Shown here: piece by piece, positions 17,916-25,834 of the stretch | How the letters are laid out: each line of letters begins with the position of its first letter | How positions within the stretch are numbered: the stretch's first letter is position 1 | Source: Gammaproteobacteria bacterium | Lineage (GTDB): Bacteria > Pseudomonadota > Gammaproteobacteria > Pseudomonadales > Halieaceae | DNA length: 36,130 nucleotides | Direction: 5' to 3' | Assembly: GCA_002748505.1 (NCBI GenBank) | Contig: PDSN01000039.1 | Coordinates: forward strand, 1 to 36,130 | Program-made: the position numbers and the translations under genes | Notes under the pieces: model-generated | Databases searched by the model: none | Told to the model about the DNA's origin: nothing | The model's input: the letters and a program-made list of their open reading frames with translations, nothing else

Positions 17916-19022
17916 GTGGCTTTAGCTGATTCTGTGTTGGCGGTAAATAATGATCTTCCCATCCGTACCGATGAGCCGGTGCACAGCGGCAAGGTTCGCT
18001 CGGTCTATTGGCTGACCCAGGAAGACAGCGCTCGCTTGATTGCCGAACGCAACTATCCCGTTGCCACAGATGCGCCGCTGGCGATCATGGTTATCAGCGA
18101 TCGCCTGTCGGCCTTTGATTGTATTTGGCAGGCCGAGGGTGGTTTAGCCGGTGTGCCCGGCAAGGGCGCAGCGCTCAACGCCATTTCCAACCACTGGTTT
18201 GAGCAGTTTCGTAAGGCGGGGCTGGCCGACAGCCATATTCTGGACATTCCTCACCCGCTGGTGTGGATTGTCCAGAAGGCGCGCCCAGTAATGATTGAGG
18301 CGATTGCCCGTCAATATATCACCGGCTCCATGTGGCGCAGCTACGCCAAGGGAGAGCGCGTGTTTTGCGGCATTGAGTTGCCAGAGGGTCTGGAGCGCGA
18401 TCAGCGCCTGCCCGAGTTACTTATTACCCCATCCACCAAGGGTATTCTGACCGGTATTCCCGGCGTACCCGAGGTAGACGATGTCAATATTACCCGCAAG
18501 GATATTCTGGATAACTATCGGGCCTTTGGCTTCAACACCCCGGAGCATGTGGATCACTACGAAAAGCTGCTCAGCGAAGGTTTTGACTTGATCGGCAAGC
18601 GTTTGGCCGAGGTCGAGCAGGTGTTTGTGGATACCAAGTTTGAGTTCGGCTACGTCACCGGTGCGGATGGTCAGGAGCTCATGATTTACATGGATGAGGT
18701 GGGCACGCCGGATTCCTCGCGCATCTGGGATGCGAAAGCCTACGCTGAGGGCAAAGTGGTGGAGAACTCCAAGGAGGTTTTCCGCCAGCAATTACTCAGC
18801 TGGGTATCAGATAAAGACGTGTTGTTAAACTCTGATCGTATGGCTGAGCGTTTGTCCCTGGCGCACTCCAGTACGCTGCCCGTATCAATCTTCGAGGAAG
18901 TGTCTCGAACTTATGTCAGCATCGCCGAGCGCATTACCGGTAAAGCGCTGCCCCAAAGCGAGAATCCGCGGCAGGATATCATCGACTGTCTGGCTAAAGA
19001 CTACGACTTAATTGTCACATAA
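17916..19022 (+). CDS. purC: Phosphoribosylaminoimidazole-succinocarboxamide (SAICAR) synthase, long Vibrio-type
   Basis: GTG 17916 with GAAGGAG about 9 nt upstream. [32 protein letters not shown]...[10 protein letters not shown] closely resembles the N-terminus of the long (about 367 aa) PurC form as I recall it from Vibrio. Confidence 0.9.
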   Translation: MALADSVLAVNNDLPIRTDEPVHSGKVRSVYWLTQEDSARLIAERNYPVATDAPLAIMVISDRLSAFDCIWQAEGGLAGVPGKGAALNAISNHWFEQFRKAGLADSHILDIPHPLVWIVQKARPVMIEAIARQYITGSMWRSYAKGERVFCGIELPEGLERDQRLPELLITPSTKGILTGIPGVPEVDDVNITRKDILDNYRAFGFNTPEHVDHYEKLLSEGFDLIGKRLAEVEQVFVDTKFEFGYVTGADGQELMIYMDEVGTPDSSRIWDAKAYAEGKVVENSKEVFRQQLLSWVSDKDVLLNSDRMAERLSLAHSSTLPVSIFEEVSRTYVSIAERITGKALPQSENPRQDIIDCLAKDYDLIVT

Positions 19023-19333
19023 TGGGGCAGGCATACTCCGGGATGCCGCCGCTTTGCGGGCTTGTTCGATGGCGCGGGTGCTCTCTTATGGGGGCGCTAT
19101 CTGTTGGGGGGGAATGCTGGGCGATGTTTGTTCAGCCACATGCAAATGTTGTTCGCCAAAAAAAACGATCCTTTGCTAACCCGGATATTTCACCAGTACG
19201 GCAGCCATTCTACTATTATACATTCAATATCAAGGGGTTACGCCATGAATAGCAACAAAAACCAATGTGCAAACCGTACCTAAATGGTTTTTCGAAAAAA
19301 ATGACTTCGAACCTTGCCCAAAATCATTCAAAC

Positions 19334-19354
19334 CGTAGCTACTGCTACGCTTTT
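19334..19354 (+). terminator. Hairpin CGTAGC-tact-GCTACG followed by C-TTTT (candidate terminator or sRNA 3' end)
   Basis: A perfect 6-bp stem with a 4-nt loop and a T4 run, inside the ORF-poor spacer. Confidence 0.3.
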
Positions 19355-19389
19355 CATGATGTTTGAGCAACTTTCTTTGTCATTTATTC

Positions 19390-19424
19390 CCGAAAATTCC
19401 ATTTACTGGTGAGATATCCGGGCT
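19390..19424. repeat. Copy A of a short intergenic repeat (CCGAAAATTCCATTTAC-N-ATCCGGGCT)
   Basis: A 17-nt exact match plus a 9-nt exact match with 32325-32362, in the same orientation, with a 3-nt indel between the blocks. Confidence 0.6.
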
Positions 19425-19479
19425 AAGATACCGAACCGAACAATCTGCTAAAAACTCGCGATAAATCCTGAAGTTGCTA

Positions 19480-19506
19480 TTGACTAACAGGTCGCTGTGC
19501 TATGGT
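19480..19506 (+). promoter_or_regulatory. Candidate sigma70 promoter for the outer-membrane protein gene
   Basis: TTGACT, then a 15-nt spacer ending in TGc (extended -10), then TATGGT. It lies about 50 nt upstream of GTG 19559. The spacer is short. Confidence 0.3.
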
Positions 19507-19558
19507 TGCGCGATGCGTTTCGCAGTTTTTGTACACACTTAGCAAAGGATAGTTTTTC

Positions 19559-20833
19559 GTGGCAACTCTCTTTAGGCAGAGGGTAATTCGTAGCGCTCTT
19601 GCGGTTGGCGCGCTACTGTTTGGCATGTCCGGCATTGCCAGTGCGCAGCTCCTGGGTCATCCCAACTGGCAGTTGCGCGGCTTCGGTACGCTAGGTCTCG
19701 CGCGCTCGGAATCAAACCATCTCGTTTTCCAGAGTGATTTAAAACAAACCGCTTCTATAGGCGATAGCTGGACAGCCAGGTCCGACTCCGTGTTGGGTGG
19801 ACAGCTGCGCGGCGAGTTGACGGAAGCGGCCGATCTGGTGGTACAGGTAGTCGTTAAAGATCGCCGCGACTACAATCTCGATAACCTGCTTCGTTTTGCG
19901 TATTTGGATTTGGCCTTTACTCCGAATATGGTGTTGCGATTGGGGCGCAATCCACACGACATTCGTTTTCTATCCGATACCCGTGATGTCGGTTTCAGCT
20001 ATTTATGGGTGCGACCGATATCTGAGTATTACGATGAGTATTTTGTCGATTACTACGATGGGGTGGATTTCAGCTATCGCTTTAAGACCGGCAATGGTGT
20101 GCTTACCACGCGATTGCTGGGCGGAGAAATGGACGTGGATCTCAGCATCAATGTGGAGCCCGAACCCATCGCCTATGAGTCTTTTGTCGGTGTTAAGCTG
20201 GGCTACCAGCAAGGTGATTTTGAGTTAAATCTGGGTTACCAGCGGGCAAAGGTCGGGAATACTTCGGAACTGCTGACGCGGTTTGCAGATGCATGGGCGA
20301 CCGTGCCCGAGTCAGTCGTTACCAGCGCGCCGCGCCTGGCAAAAAACTTCGATATTGAGGGAGCTATTCTGGAATATTACGTCGGCGGCATCTCCTGGCA
20401 GCCCGGAAACTGGCAGTTCCAAGGTGAGGTGGGTAAGCTCTACATGCCGGAGGCAATGGGTATTCGCGCGACGGCGGGGTATGTGAGCGCGGCTTATAAG
20501 ATTGGCTCGGTCACGCCCTACCTTGTGGCATCGCGTGTCTATAACCATATCGATCCGCTGGGCTTTGATGAGGCCGATATTTCTGCTATGCCCGCCCCTG
20601 TGCAAGGTTTGGCAGAAACCACCCGCGATATCCACCGCTCATTCGGCTCCAGGCAAAAGTCGGTGGCACTGGGTCTACGCTGGGACTTCCACTCCAAAAT
20701 GGCATTGAAAGTCCAGTGGAATATGATCAGTGTCGATACGGCGGGGCATCAAATCTGGATGCCGCGATCCGATCAGGCTGCAAATGGCGACGATTTCAAT
20801 ATGTATGCCGTTACTCTGGACTTTTTCCTGTAA
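19559..20833 (+). CDS. Putative outer-membrane beta-barrel (porin-like) protein
   Basis: GTG start. Signal peptide ending GIASAQ. Alternating amphipathic beta-strand pattern with many aromatic girdle residues. C-terminal YAVTLDFFL resembles an OMP terminal strand. Confidence 0.6.
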   Translation: MATLFRQRVIRSALAVGALLFGMSGIASAQLLGHPNWQLRGFGTLGLARSESNHLVFQSDLKQTASIGDSWTARSDSVLGGQLRGELTEAADLVVQVVVKDRRDYNLDNLLRFAYLDLAFTPNMVLRLGRNPHDIRFLSDTRDVGFSYLWVRPISEYYDEYFVDYYDGVDFSYRFKTGNGVLTTRLLGGEMDVDLSINVEPEPIAYESFVGVKLGYQQGDFELNLGYQRAKVGNTSELLTRFADAWATVPESVVTSAPRLAKNFDIEGAILEYYVGGISWQPGNWQFQGEVGKLYMPEAMGIRATAGYVSAAYKIGSVTPYLVASRVYNHIDPLGFDEADISAMPAPVQGLAETTRDIHRSFGSRQKSVALGLRWDFHSKMALKVQWNMISVDTAGHQIWMPRSDQAANGDDFNMYAVTLDFFL

Positions 20834-20914
20834 ACATTATCGATAACAGAAAGCTTGTGCTTTTGCCAGGTTTTGGTAGCCTTCTTGCCGTCAAAGTGTC
20901 TTGAGGCTGAAATA

Positions 20915-22234
20915 ATGAAACGTCTGGTATCTGCGCTGGCGCTGGTCGCGGTCAGCGGCCTATTAAATGCGGCTGATTTGTCGCAACAGGTGAAACAGGA
21001 TTACGATGCCCATCTGGGCGCTTTGTTTGACCATTTCCACAGAAATCCCGAGCTGTCTTTGATGGAGCATAAAACCGCGGCGCGCCTTGCCAAAGAACTG
21101 CGCGATGCGGGTTATGATGTCACGGAAAACGTGGGTGGCACCGGGGTAGTGGCCATACTGAAAAACGGCCCAGGTCCGCTGGTGATGATGCGCGCGGATA
21201 TGGACGGCCTGCCGGTGGAAGAAAAGTCCGGCCTGCCCAATGCGTCAAAAGCCAAGCAGCGGGACTGGGATGGTAATGAGGTGTATGTGATGCACGCCTG
21301 CGGTCACGATGTGCACATGACCTCGCTGGTAGGTACAGCGCGGGCGATGGCGGCGGCCAGGGATAAGTGGTCTGGCACCTTGATGTTGATCGGTCAGCCG
21401 GCGGAGGAGCGCGTCGCTGGTGCGCGGGCGATGATGGCTGATAAACTCTGGCAGCGCTTTGGCAAGCCCGACTACGCGCTGGCATTTCATGTGGCATCGA
21501 CCTTGCCCACGGGTAAACTCGCCGCGGTGGTTGGTGCGGCCTATTCCGGCGCAGATACCGTGGATATTATCGTGCACGGCGTAGGCGCCCACGGTGCCAG
21601 CCCCCACGCGGGTATTGACCCGGTGCTGCTGGGCTCGCAAATCGTGGTCGCTTTGCAGAGTGTGATCAGCCGCGAAATGCCACCGCGCGAGGCGGGGGTG
21701 ATTACGGTGGGCTCCTTCCATGCAGGCACCAAACACAATATTATTTCCGATCGCGCTCACTTGCAGCTCACCGTGCGCCACGACGATCCCAAAGTACGCA
21801 CGGTTTTGCTTGAGGGTATTAAGCGCGTGGCAGTCAATATGGGACGCGTGGCGGGTCTGCCCGATGACAAGCTGCCGGAGGTCATTGTCTCGAACGAGTC
21901 TGTCCCGCCCACGCAAAACGACCATGCCCTGACCAAACGTCTGCGCGGTGTCTGGCGGGATAAACTGGGCAAGGATATTTTATTCGAAGGTAAGCGCGCG
22001 GGTATGGGCGCGGAGGATTTTCCGGTGTTTACTAAGGAACCCGCGATCCCCAGCACCTACTTTGCAGTGGGTGGCACTCCGCCTGAAGATTTTGTCCGCG
22101 CTGAAAAGGGCGGTAAACCCGTGGCCACCCACCATTCACCGCTGTTTAAAATCGCCGCTGAACCCAGCGTGCGTTTAGGTGTTGAAGCCACTGTGGTTGC
22201 GCTGCTGGATTTACTGCAAAAGCCCGCCAAATAA
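20915..22234 (+). CDS. Periplasmic M20-family amidohydrolase (M20D aminoacylase/hippurate hydrolase-like)
   Basis: ATG 20915 with GAGG upstream. Signal peptide MKRLVSALALVAVSGLLNA. Metal-ligand motifs MHACGHDVH and GQPAEE. Confidence 0.85.
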   Translation: MKRLVSALALVAVSGLLNAADLSQQVKQDYDAHLGALFDHFHRNPELSLMEHKTAARLAKELRDAGYDVTENVGGTGVVAILKNGPGPLVMMRADMDGLPVEEKSGLPNASKAKQRDWDGNEVYVMHACGHDVHMTSLVGTARAMAAARDKWSGTLMLIGQPAEERVAGARAMMADKLWQRFGKPDYALAFHVASTLPTGKLAAVVGAAYSGADTVDIIVHGVGAHGASPHAGIDPVLLGSQIVVALQSVISREMPPREAGVITVGSFHAGTKHNIISDRAHLQLTVRHDDPKVRTVLLEGIKRVAVNMGRVAGLPDDKLPEVIVSNESVPPTQNDHALTKRLRGVWRDKLGKDILFEGKRAGMGAEDFPVFTKEPAIPSTYFAVGGTPPEDFVRAEKGGKPVATHHSPLFKIAAEPSVRLGVEATVVALLDLLQKPAK

Positions 22235-22246
22235 CCGAGAAATACT

Positions 22247-23410
22247 GTGCGTAAACTGATAAACCGTATGCGAGGTCGCAATGATACAGACGCGACCATC
22301 GCCGCAACAGAGTCAAGCTCCGCACCTGGCGCTGAGCAAACAAACGCGGACAATACACCGGCGATAAAGCGCTCTCCGGTCATCCCCGGCACGGATAAAA
22401 TCCCCTTTGCGCCGATTCCGGTAAAACGCTATGCGGATGAATTGCCACTGTTGGCATTGCCCGCGCGCAGTGCCGACGGCCCGCGTATCAGTGTGGTCAT
22501 GGTGGTGTACAAAATGGCGCGGCAGGCACTCAACACGGCGTTGAGTCTGGTGCCGCCCTACCAGCGCGGGCTTGATAATGAGGACGTCGAGTTGATTGTG
22601 GTGGAAAACCGCAGCGATGCCAATATGGACGAGAGCGCGCTGACAGCGATTTCCCCCTGTATTTCCTACTATCTGCGCGATGAAACCGAACCCACTCCGG
22701 TACACGCCGCGAATTTTGGCATCGAAAAAGCCCGCGGTGAGTTGGTGGTGCTGTTGATTGACGGTGCGCGTATGGTCACGCCGGGGCTTCTCAATCAAAT
22801 GCTGGGCGCGAGCCAGTTGGCGATACAGCCGGTGATTGCCACACCCAGTTACCATTTAGGTGAAAAAGTGCAGCAGCAGGCCATGCTGGAAGGTTATGAC
22901 GAGGAAGCAGAACAGGTCTTGCTGGCATCGATTAACTGGCCGCAGCAGGGTTATAAACTCTACGATATTTCCTGTTTAAGTCGCACCAGTATGGGGGGTA
23001 TTTTCAGACCGTTTAGTGAAAGCAATTGCCTGGCTGCGCCAAAAAAATTACTGGAAGAACTCGGCGGGTTCGATCGGCGTTTTAATGAAACCGGTGGTGG
23101 TCAGGCGAATTTGGATTTGTACAAACGCCTGGTTGAGCACGAGCACAGTCAGTTTCTGGTCTTGCCCGGTGAAGGCTCTTTTCACCAGTTTCACGGCGGT
23201 GTTACCACGGGGCAGCAGGGCGAGAAGCGTCATCAGGCGATGGTGGATCACTTCGCTCAGTACGCCGCCATTCGCGGCGGTGCCTATGTCGCGCCCAATA
23301 AAAGACCGATCTACGTGGGCGCAGTGCCGGACAATGCCGTGCGCTTTATTCGCAACAGTGGCAATGCGCTGATTAAGGCATTACAAGAGGAGCAGGCGGA
23401 GCAGTCATGA
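22247..23410 (+). CDS. GT-A fold (family 2-like) glycosyltransferase with a low-complexity N-terminal extension of about 90 aa
   Basis: Only 12 nt after the M20 stop. ISVVMVVYKMARQALNTALSL, VELIVVENRSDA and LLIDGARM (D-x-D position) follow the GT2 Rossmann-like pattern. The start is uncertain (GTG 22247 or ATG 22268). Confidence 0.6.
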   Translation: MRKLINRMRGRNDTDATIAATESSSAPGAEQTNADNTPAIKRSPVIPGTDKIPFAPIPVKRYADELPLLALPARSADGPRISVVMVVYKMARQALNTALSLVPPYQRGLDNEDVELIVVENRSDANMDESALTAISPCISYYLRDETEPTPVHAANFGIEKARGELVVLLIDGARMVTPGLLNQMLGASQLAIQPVIATPSYHLGEKVQQQAMLEGYDEEAEQVLLASINWPQQGYKLYDISCLSRTSMGGIFRPFSESNCLAAPKKLLEELGGFDRRFNETGGGQANLDLYKRLVEHEHSQFLVLPGEGSFHQFHGGVTTGQQGEKRHQAMVDHFAQYAAIRGGAYVAPNKRPIYVGAVPDNAVRFIRNSGNALIKALQEEQAEQS

Positions 23411-24174
23411 GTACAGCAGCAGATACTACCTTGTTAGATTTTTCAGCCCTGCCTGCGCTGGCGCAAGTGCAGGCGCAAAATTATCAAAGTGCAAAGCCTT
23501 TTCCCCATGCGGTATTTGACAATTTTATCAGTCTCGATCTTGCCCGAGCCATCGCCGCCGATGTGCCGGCGCCCGGTGCGGAAAAAAACTGGCGCGCGAT
23601 TGTGGACAATTACAGCGATGGCGATGCGGCGCAGCACGGCAAGTTGGGCTTGCCCCACGAGGCGGAATTCTCGCCGTTGATTCGGGCTTTGTTGTGGGAA
23701 CTTAACAGCGGGCCGTTTTTGCGCTTTTTAGAAACTTTAACGGGTATTAAGGGTTTAATTGCTGACCCGCGCTTACAGGGCGGTGGGGTACATCAGATTT
23801 TGCCGGGTGGCTATTTAGGCGTTCATGCGGATTTTACCGAGCACAAATACTACGGTTTATCGCGCCGTTTGAATGTGCTGATTTATTTGAATGAAAACTG
23901 GCAAAATGAGTGGGGCGGACATTTGGAGTTATGGGAGCGGGATTTATCCCGTTGTGCGCGCCGCGTGCAGCCCACGCTGGGGCGCTGCGTCATTTTTTCC
24001 ACCGACGACACTTCTTATCACGGCCACCCCGAGCCCCTGGCCTGCCCGGAAGGTGTGACGCGCAAATCCCTCGCGCTTTATTATTATACTAACGGCAGGC
24101 AGGACGCCGTGGATTCGGTCACCCATACTGAGTGGCATAAAACCCACCGCACTGAACTGCCAATAGTGGAGTGA
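23407..24174 (+). CDS. 2-oxoglutarate/Fe(II)-dependent oxygenase (prolyl-hydroxylase-like DSBH)
   Basis: ATGA overlap with the upstream gene. H-x-D in YLGVHADF, distal His in SYHGHPEP, basic residue in VTRKSLALYYY. RRLNVLIYLNENWQNEWGGHLELW resembles the P4H/Ofd1-type core. Confidence 0.75.
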   Translation: MSTAADTTLLDFSALPALAQVQAQNYQSAKPFPHAVFDNFISLDLARAIAADVPAPGAEKNWRAIVDNYSDGDAAQHGKLGLPHEAEFSPLIRALLWELNSGPFLRFLETLTGIKGLIADPRLQGGGVHQILPGGYLGVHADFTEHKYYGLSRRLNVLIYLNENWQNEWGGHLELWERDLSRCARRVQPTLGRCVIFSTDDTSYHGHPEPLACPEGVTRKSLALYYYTNGRQDAVDSVTHTEWHKTHRTELPIVE

Positions 24175-24176
24175 CT

Positions 24177-24647
24177 ATGCGTTATTTGCGATTGGCGGCA
24201 CTGGGTGAGCATTTGCAACAGCAAGTTGAGCAGCAGCCCTTTGCTCTGCCTCTGACCTTGAAGCACCTGATTGAACCGGGTGCACTTGCCGCGTTGCAGC
24301 AGGGCTTTGCGGCCGCCTGTGAAACCTCGGACACACTGCCACTGCCGTATTTACGTTTGGTGCAAGAACTGAGTAGCCACGGCCTGTTAATGCGCCTTGA
24401 GCGTTTAACCGGGCTGACACGGCTGCTCCCCGACCAGCAGCTGATAAGTGGCGGCTGTCGGCATCGGGGTGTTGAGGTGGCGAGCATTCATCCGGAGACC
24501 GGCCTGCGTTTGGCCCTGTCGCTGCGCATTGACCTGGGGCAGACATCGAGTACCGGAGATGGGCTGCTTTACAACACCGCTGTTGCCGATGATAAACCAG
24601 GGTTTTTGATGCACTACTATTATTCCCCTTTTTCTGGTAGGGGATAA
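24177..24647 (+). CDS. Hypothetical protein; truncated, probably non-catalytic paralogue of the preceding oxygenase
   Basis: GGAG lies 5 nt upstream of ATG 24177 (GTG 24171 is an alternative, overlapping the upstream stop). 14 of 30 ungapped identities by eye between ELSSHGLLMRLERLTGLTRLLPDQQLISGG and ELNSGPFLRFLETLTGIKGLIADPRLQGGG of the oxygenase. Confidence 0.5.
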   Translation: MRYLRLAALGEHLQQQVEQQPFALPLTLKHLIEPGALAALQQGFAAACETSDTLPLPYLRLVQELSSHGLLMRLERLTGLTRLLPDQQLISGGCRHRGVEVASIHPETGLRLALSLRIDLGQTSSTGDGLLYNTAVADDKPGFLMHYYYSPFSGRG

Positions 24648-24726
24648 TAGCCGCCAGTGGCGTTAGTTCGCCCCCTGCGGTACACTGCGCGCCTTTTTTA
24701 GCAGATTAAACGGGGTGTTATTCGCG

Positions 24727-25825
24727 ATGTTGGAAATAAATCCTTTGGTGCAAACCCTGAAGGACATCGAAATGCGTACCGATGTGCTTAGGGGGTATCT
24801 TTGACTACGCCGAGCGCAAGGACAGGCTGTCGGAAGTCGAATTAGAATTAGCCGAGCCCAGTGTTTGGGATGACCCCGAACGCGCCCAGGCGCTTGGCAA
24901 AGAGCGCTCAACCCTTGAAACGGTGGTGCACACTATCGAGAGTTTGACCGCGGGGGCGGGGGACGCGGCGGATATTTTAGAGTTAGCCGCTGCCGAGGAC
25001 GACGAAGACACCGTTGCCGAGGTGGAGCGGGAAATCAACGCCCTGATCGCGCAGCTGGAGAAACTGGAATTTCGCCGCATGTTCTCCGGCGAGATGGACC
25101 CCAATAACGCATATTTGGATATTCAGGCAGGCTCCGGTGGTACCGAGGCACAGGATTGGGCGGAAATGCTGCTGCGCATGTACCTGCGCTGGGGTGAGTC
25201 GCACGGCTTTGACACCCAGTTGATCGAGGTGTCCGCAGGGGAAGTGGCGGGCATCAAGAGTGCTACCATTCAGTTTGTCGGTGAGTACGCCTTCGGTTGG
25301 CTGCGCACGGAAACCGGTGTGCATCGCCTGGTGCGAAAATCCCCCTTTGATTCCGGCAATCGCCGCCATACCTCTTTTTCCTCGGTGTTTGTCTCACCGG
25401 AGATCGACGACAATATCGAGATTGACATCAATCCCGCCGACATTCGCGTGGACACTTACCGCGCCAGCGGCGCCGGTGGTCAGCATGTTAACAAGACGGA
25501 CTCGGCGGTGCGTTTGACCCACAACCCCTCGGGCATTGTGGTGCAGTGCCAGACCGAGCGTTCGCAGCATCAAAACAAAGACAACGCGATGAAGCTGCTG
25601 CGCGCCAAGCTCTACGAGATGGAAATGTTCAAACGCAATGAAGAGAAGCAGGCGATGGAAGACAGCAAGGCCGACATCGGTTGGGGCAGTCAGATTCGCT
25701 CCTACGTGCTGGATTCTTCACGTATTAAAGACTTGCGCACCGGGGTGGAGACCAGCAACACTCAGGCGGTATTGGACGGTGATTTAGATGCTTTTATTGA
25801 AGCGTCTTTAAAAAGCGGATTGTAA
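24727..25825 (+). CDS. prfB: Peptide chain release factor 2, expressed through a programmed +1 frameshift
   Basis: Frame 0 runs from ATG 24727 through CTT (24799-24801) and ends at in-frame TGA 24802-24804. The +1 frame continues from 24803 to 25825. SPF (RKSPFDS) and GGQ ([10 protein letters not shown]) motifs are present. The joined length is about 365 aa. Confidence 0.95.
24790..24805 (+). promoter_or_regulatory. prfB: prfB autoregulatory +1 frameshift site AGG GGG TAT CTT TGA C
   Basis: An internal SD-like AGGGGG, a 3-nt spacer, then the slippery CTT followed by UGA-C. This is identical in form to the E. coli site. Confidence 0.95.
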
Positions 25826-25834
25826 GGATTAGTC

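Noticed and set aside
19022-19283. The 76-aa and 73-aa ORFs right after purC.
   Set aside because: They overlap each other in different frames, have no RBS, have implausible composition and match no family. They are treated as non-coding spacer.
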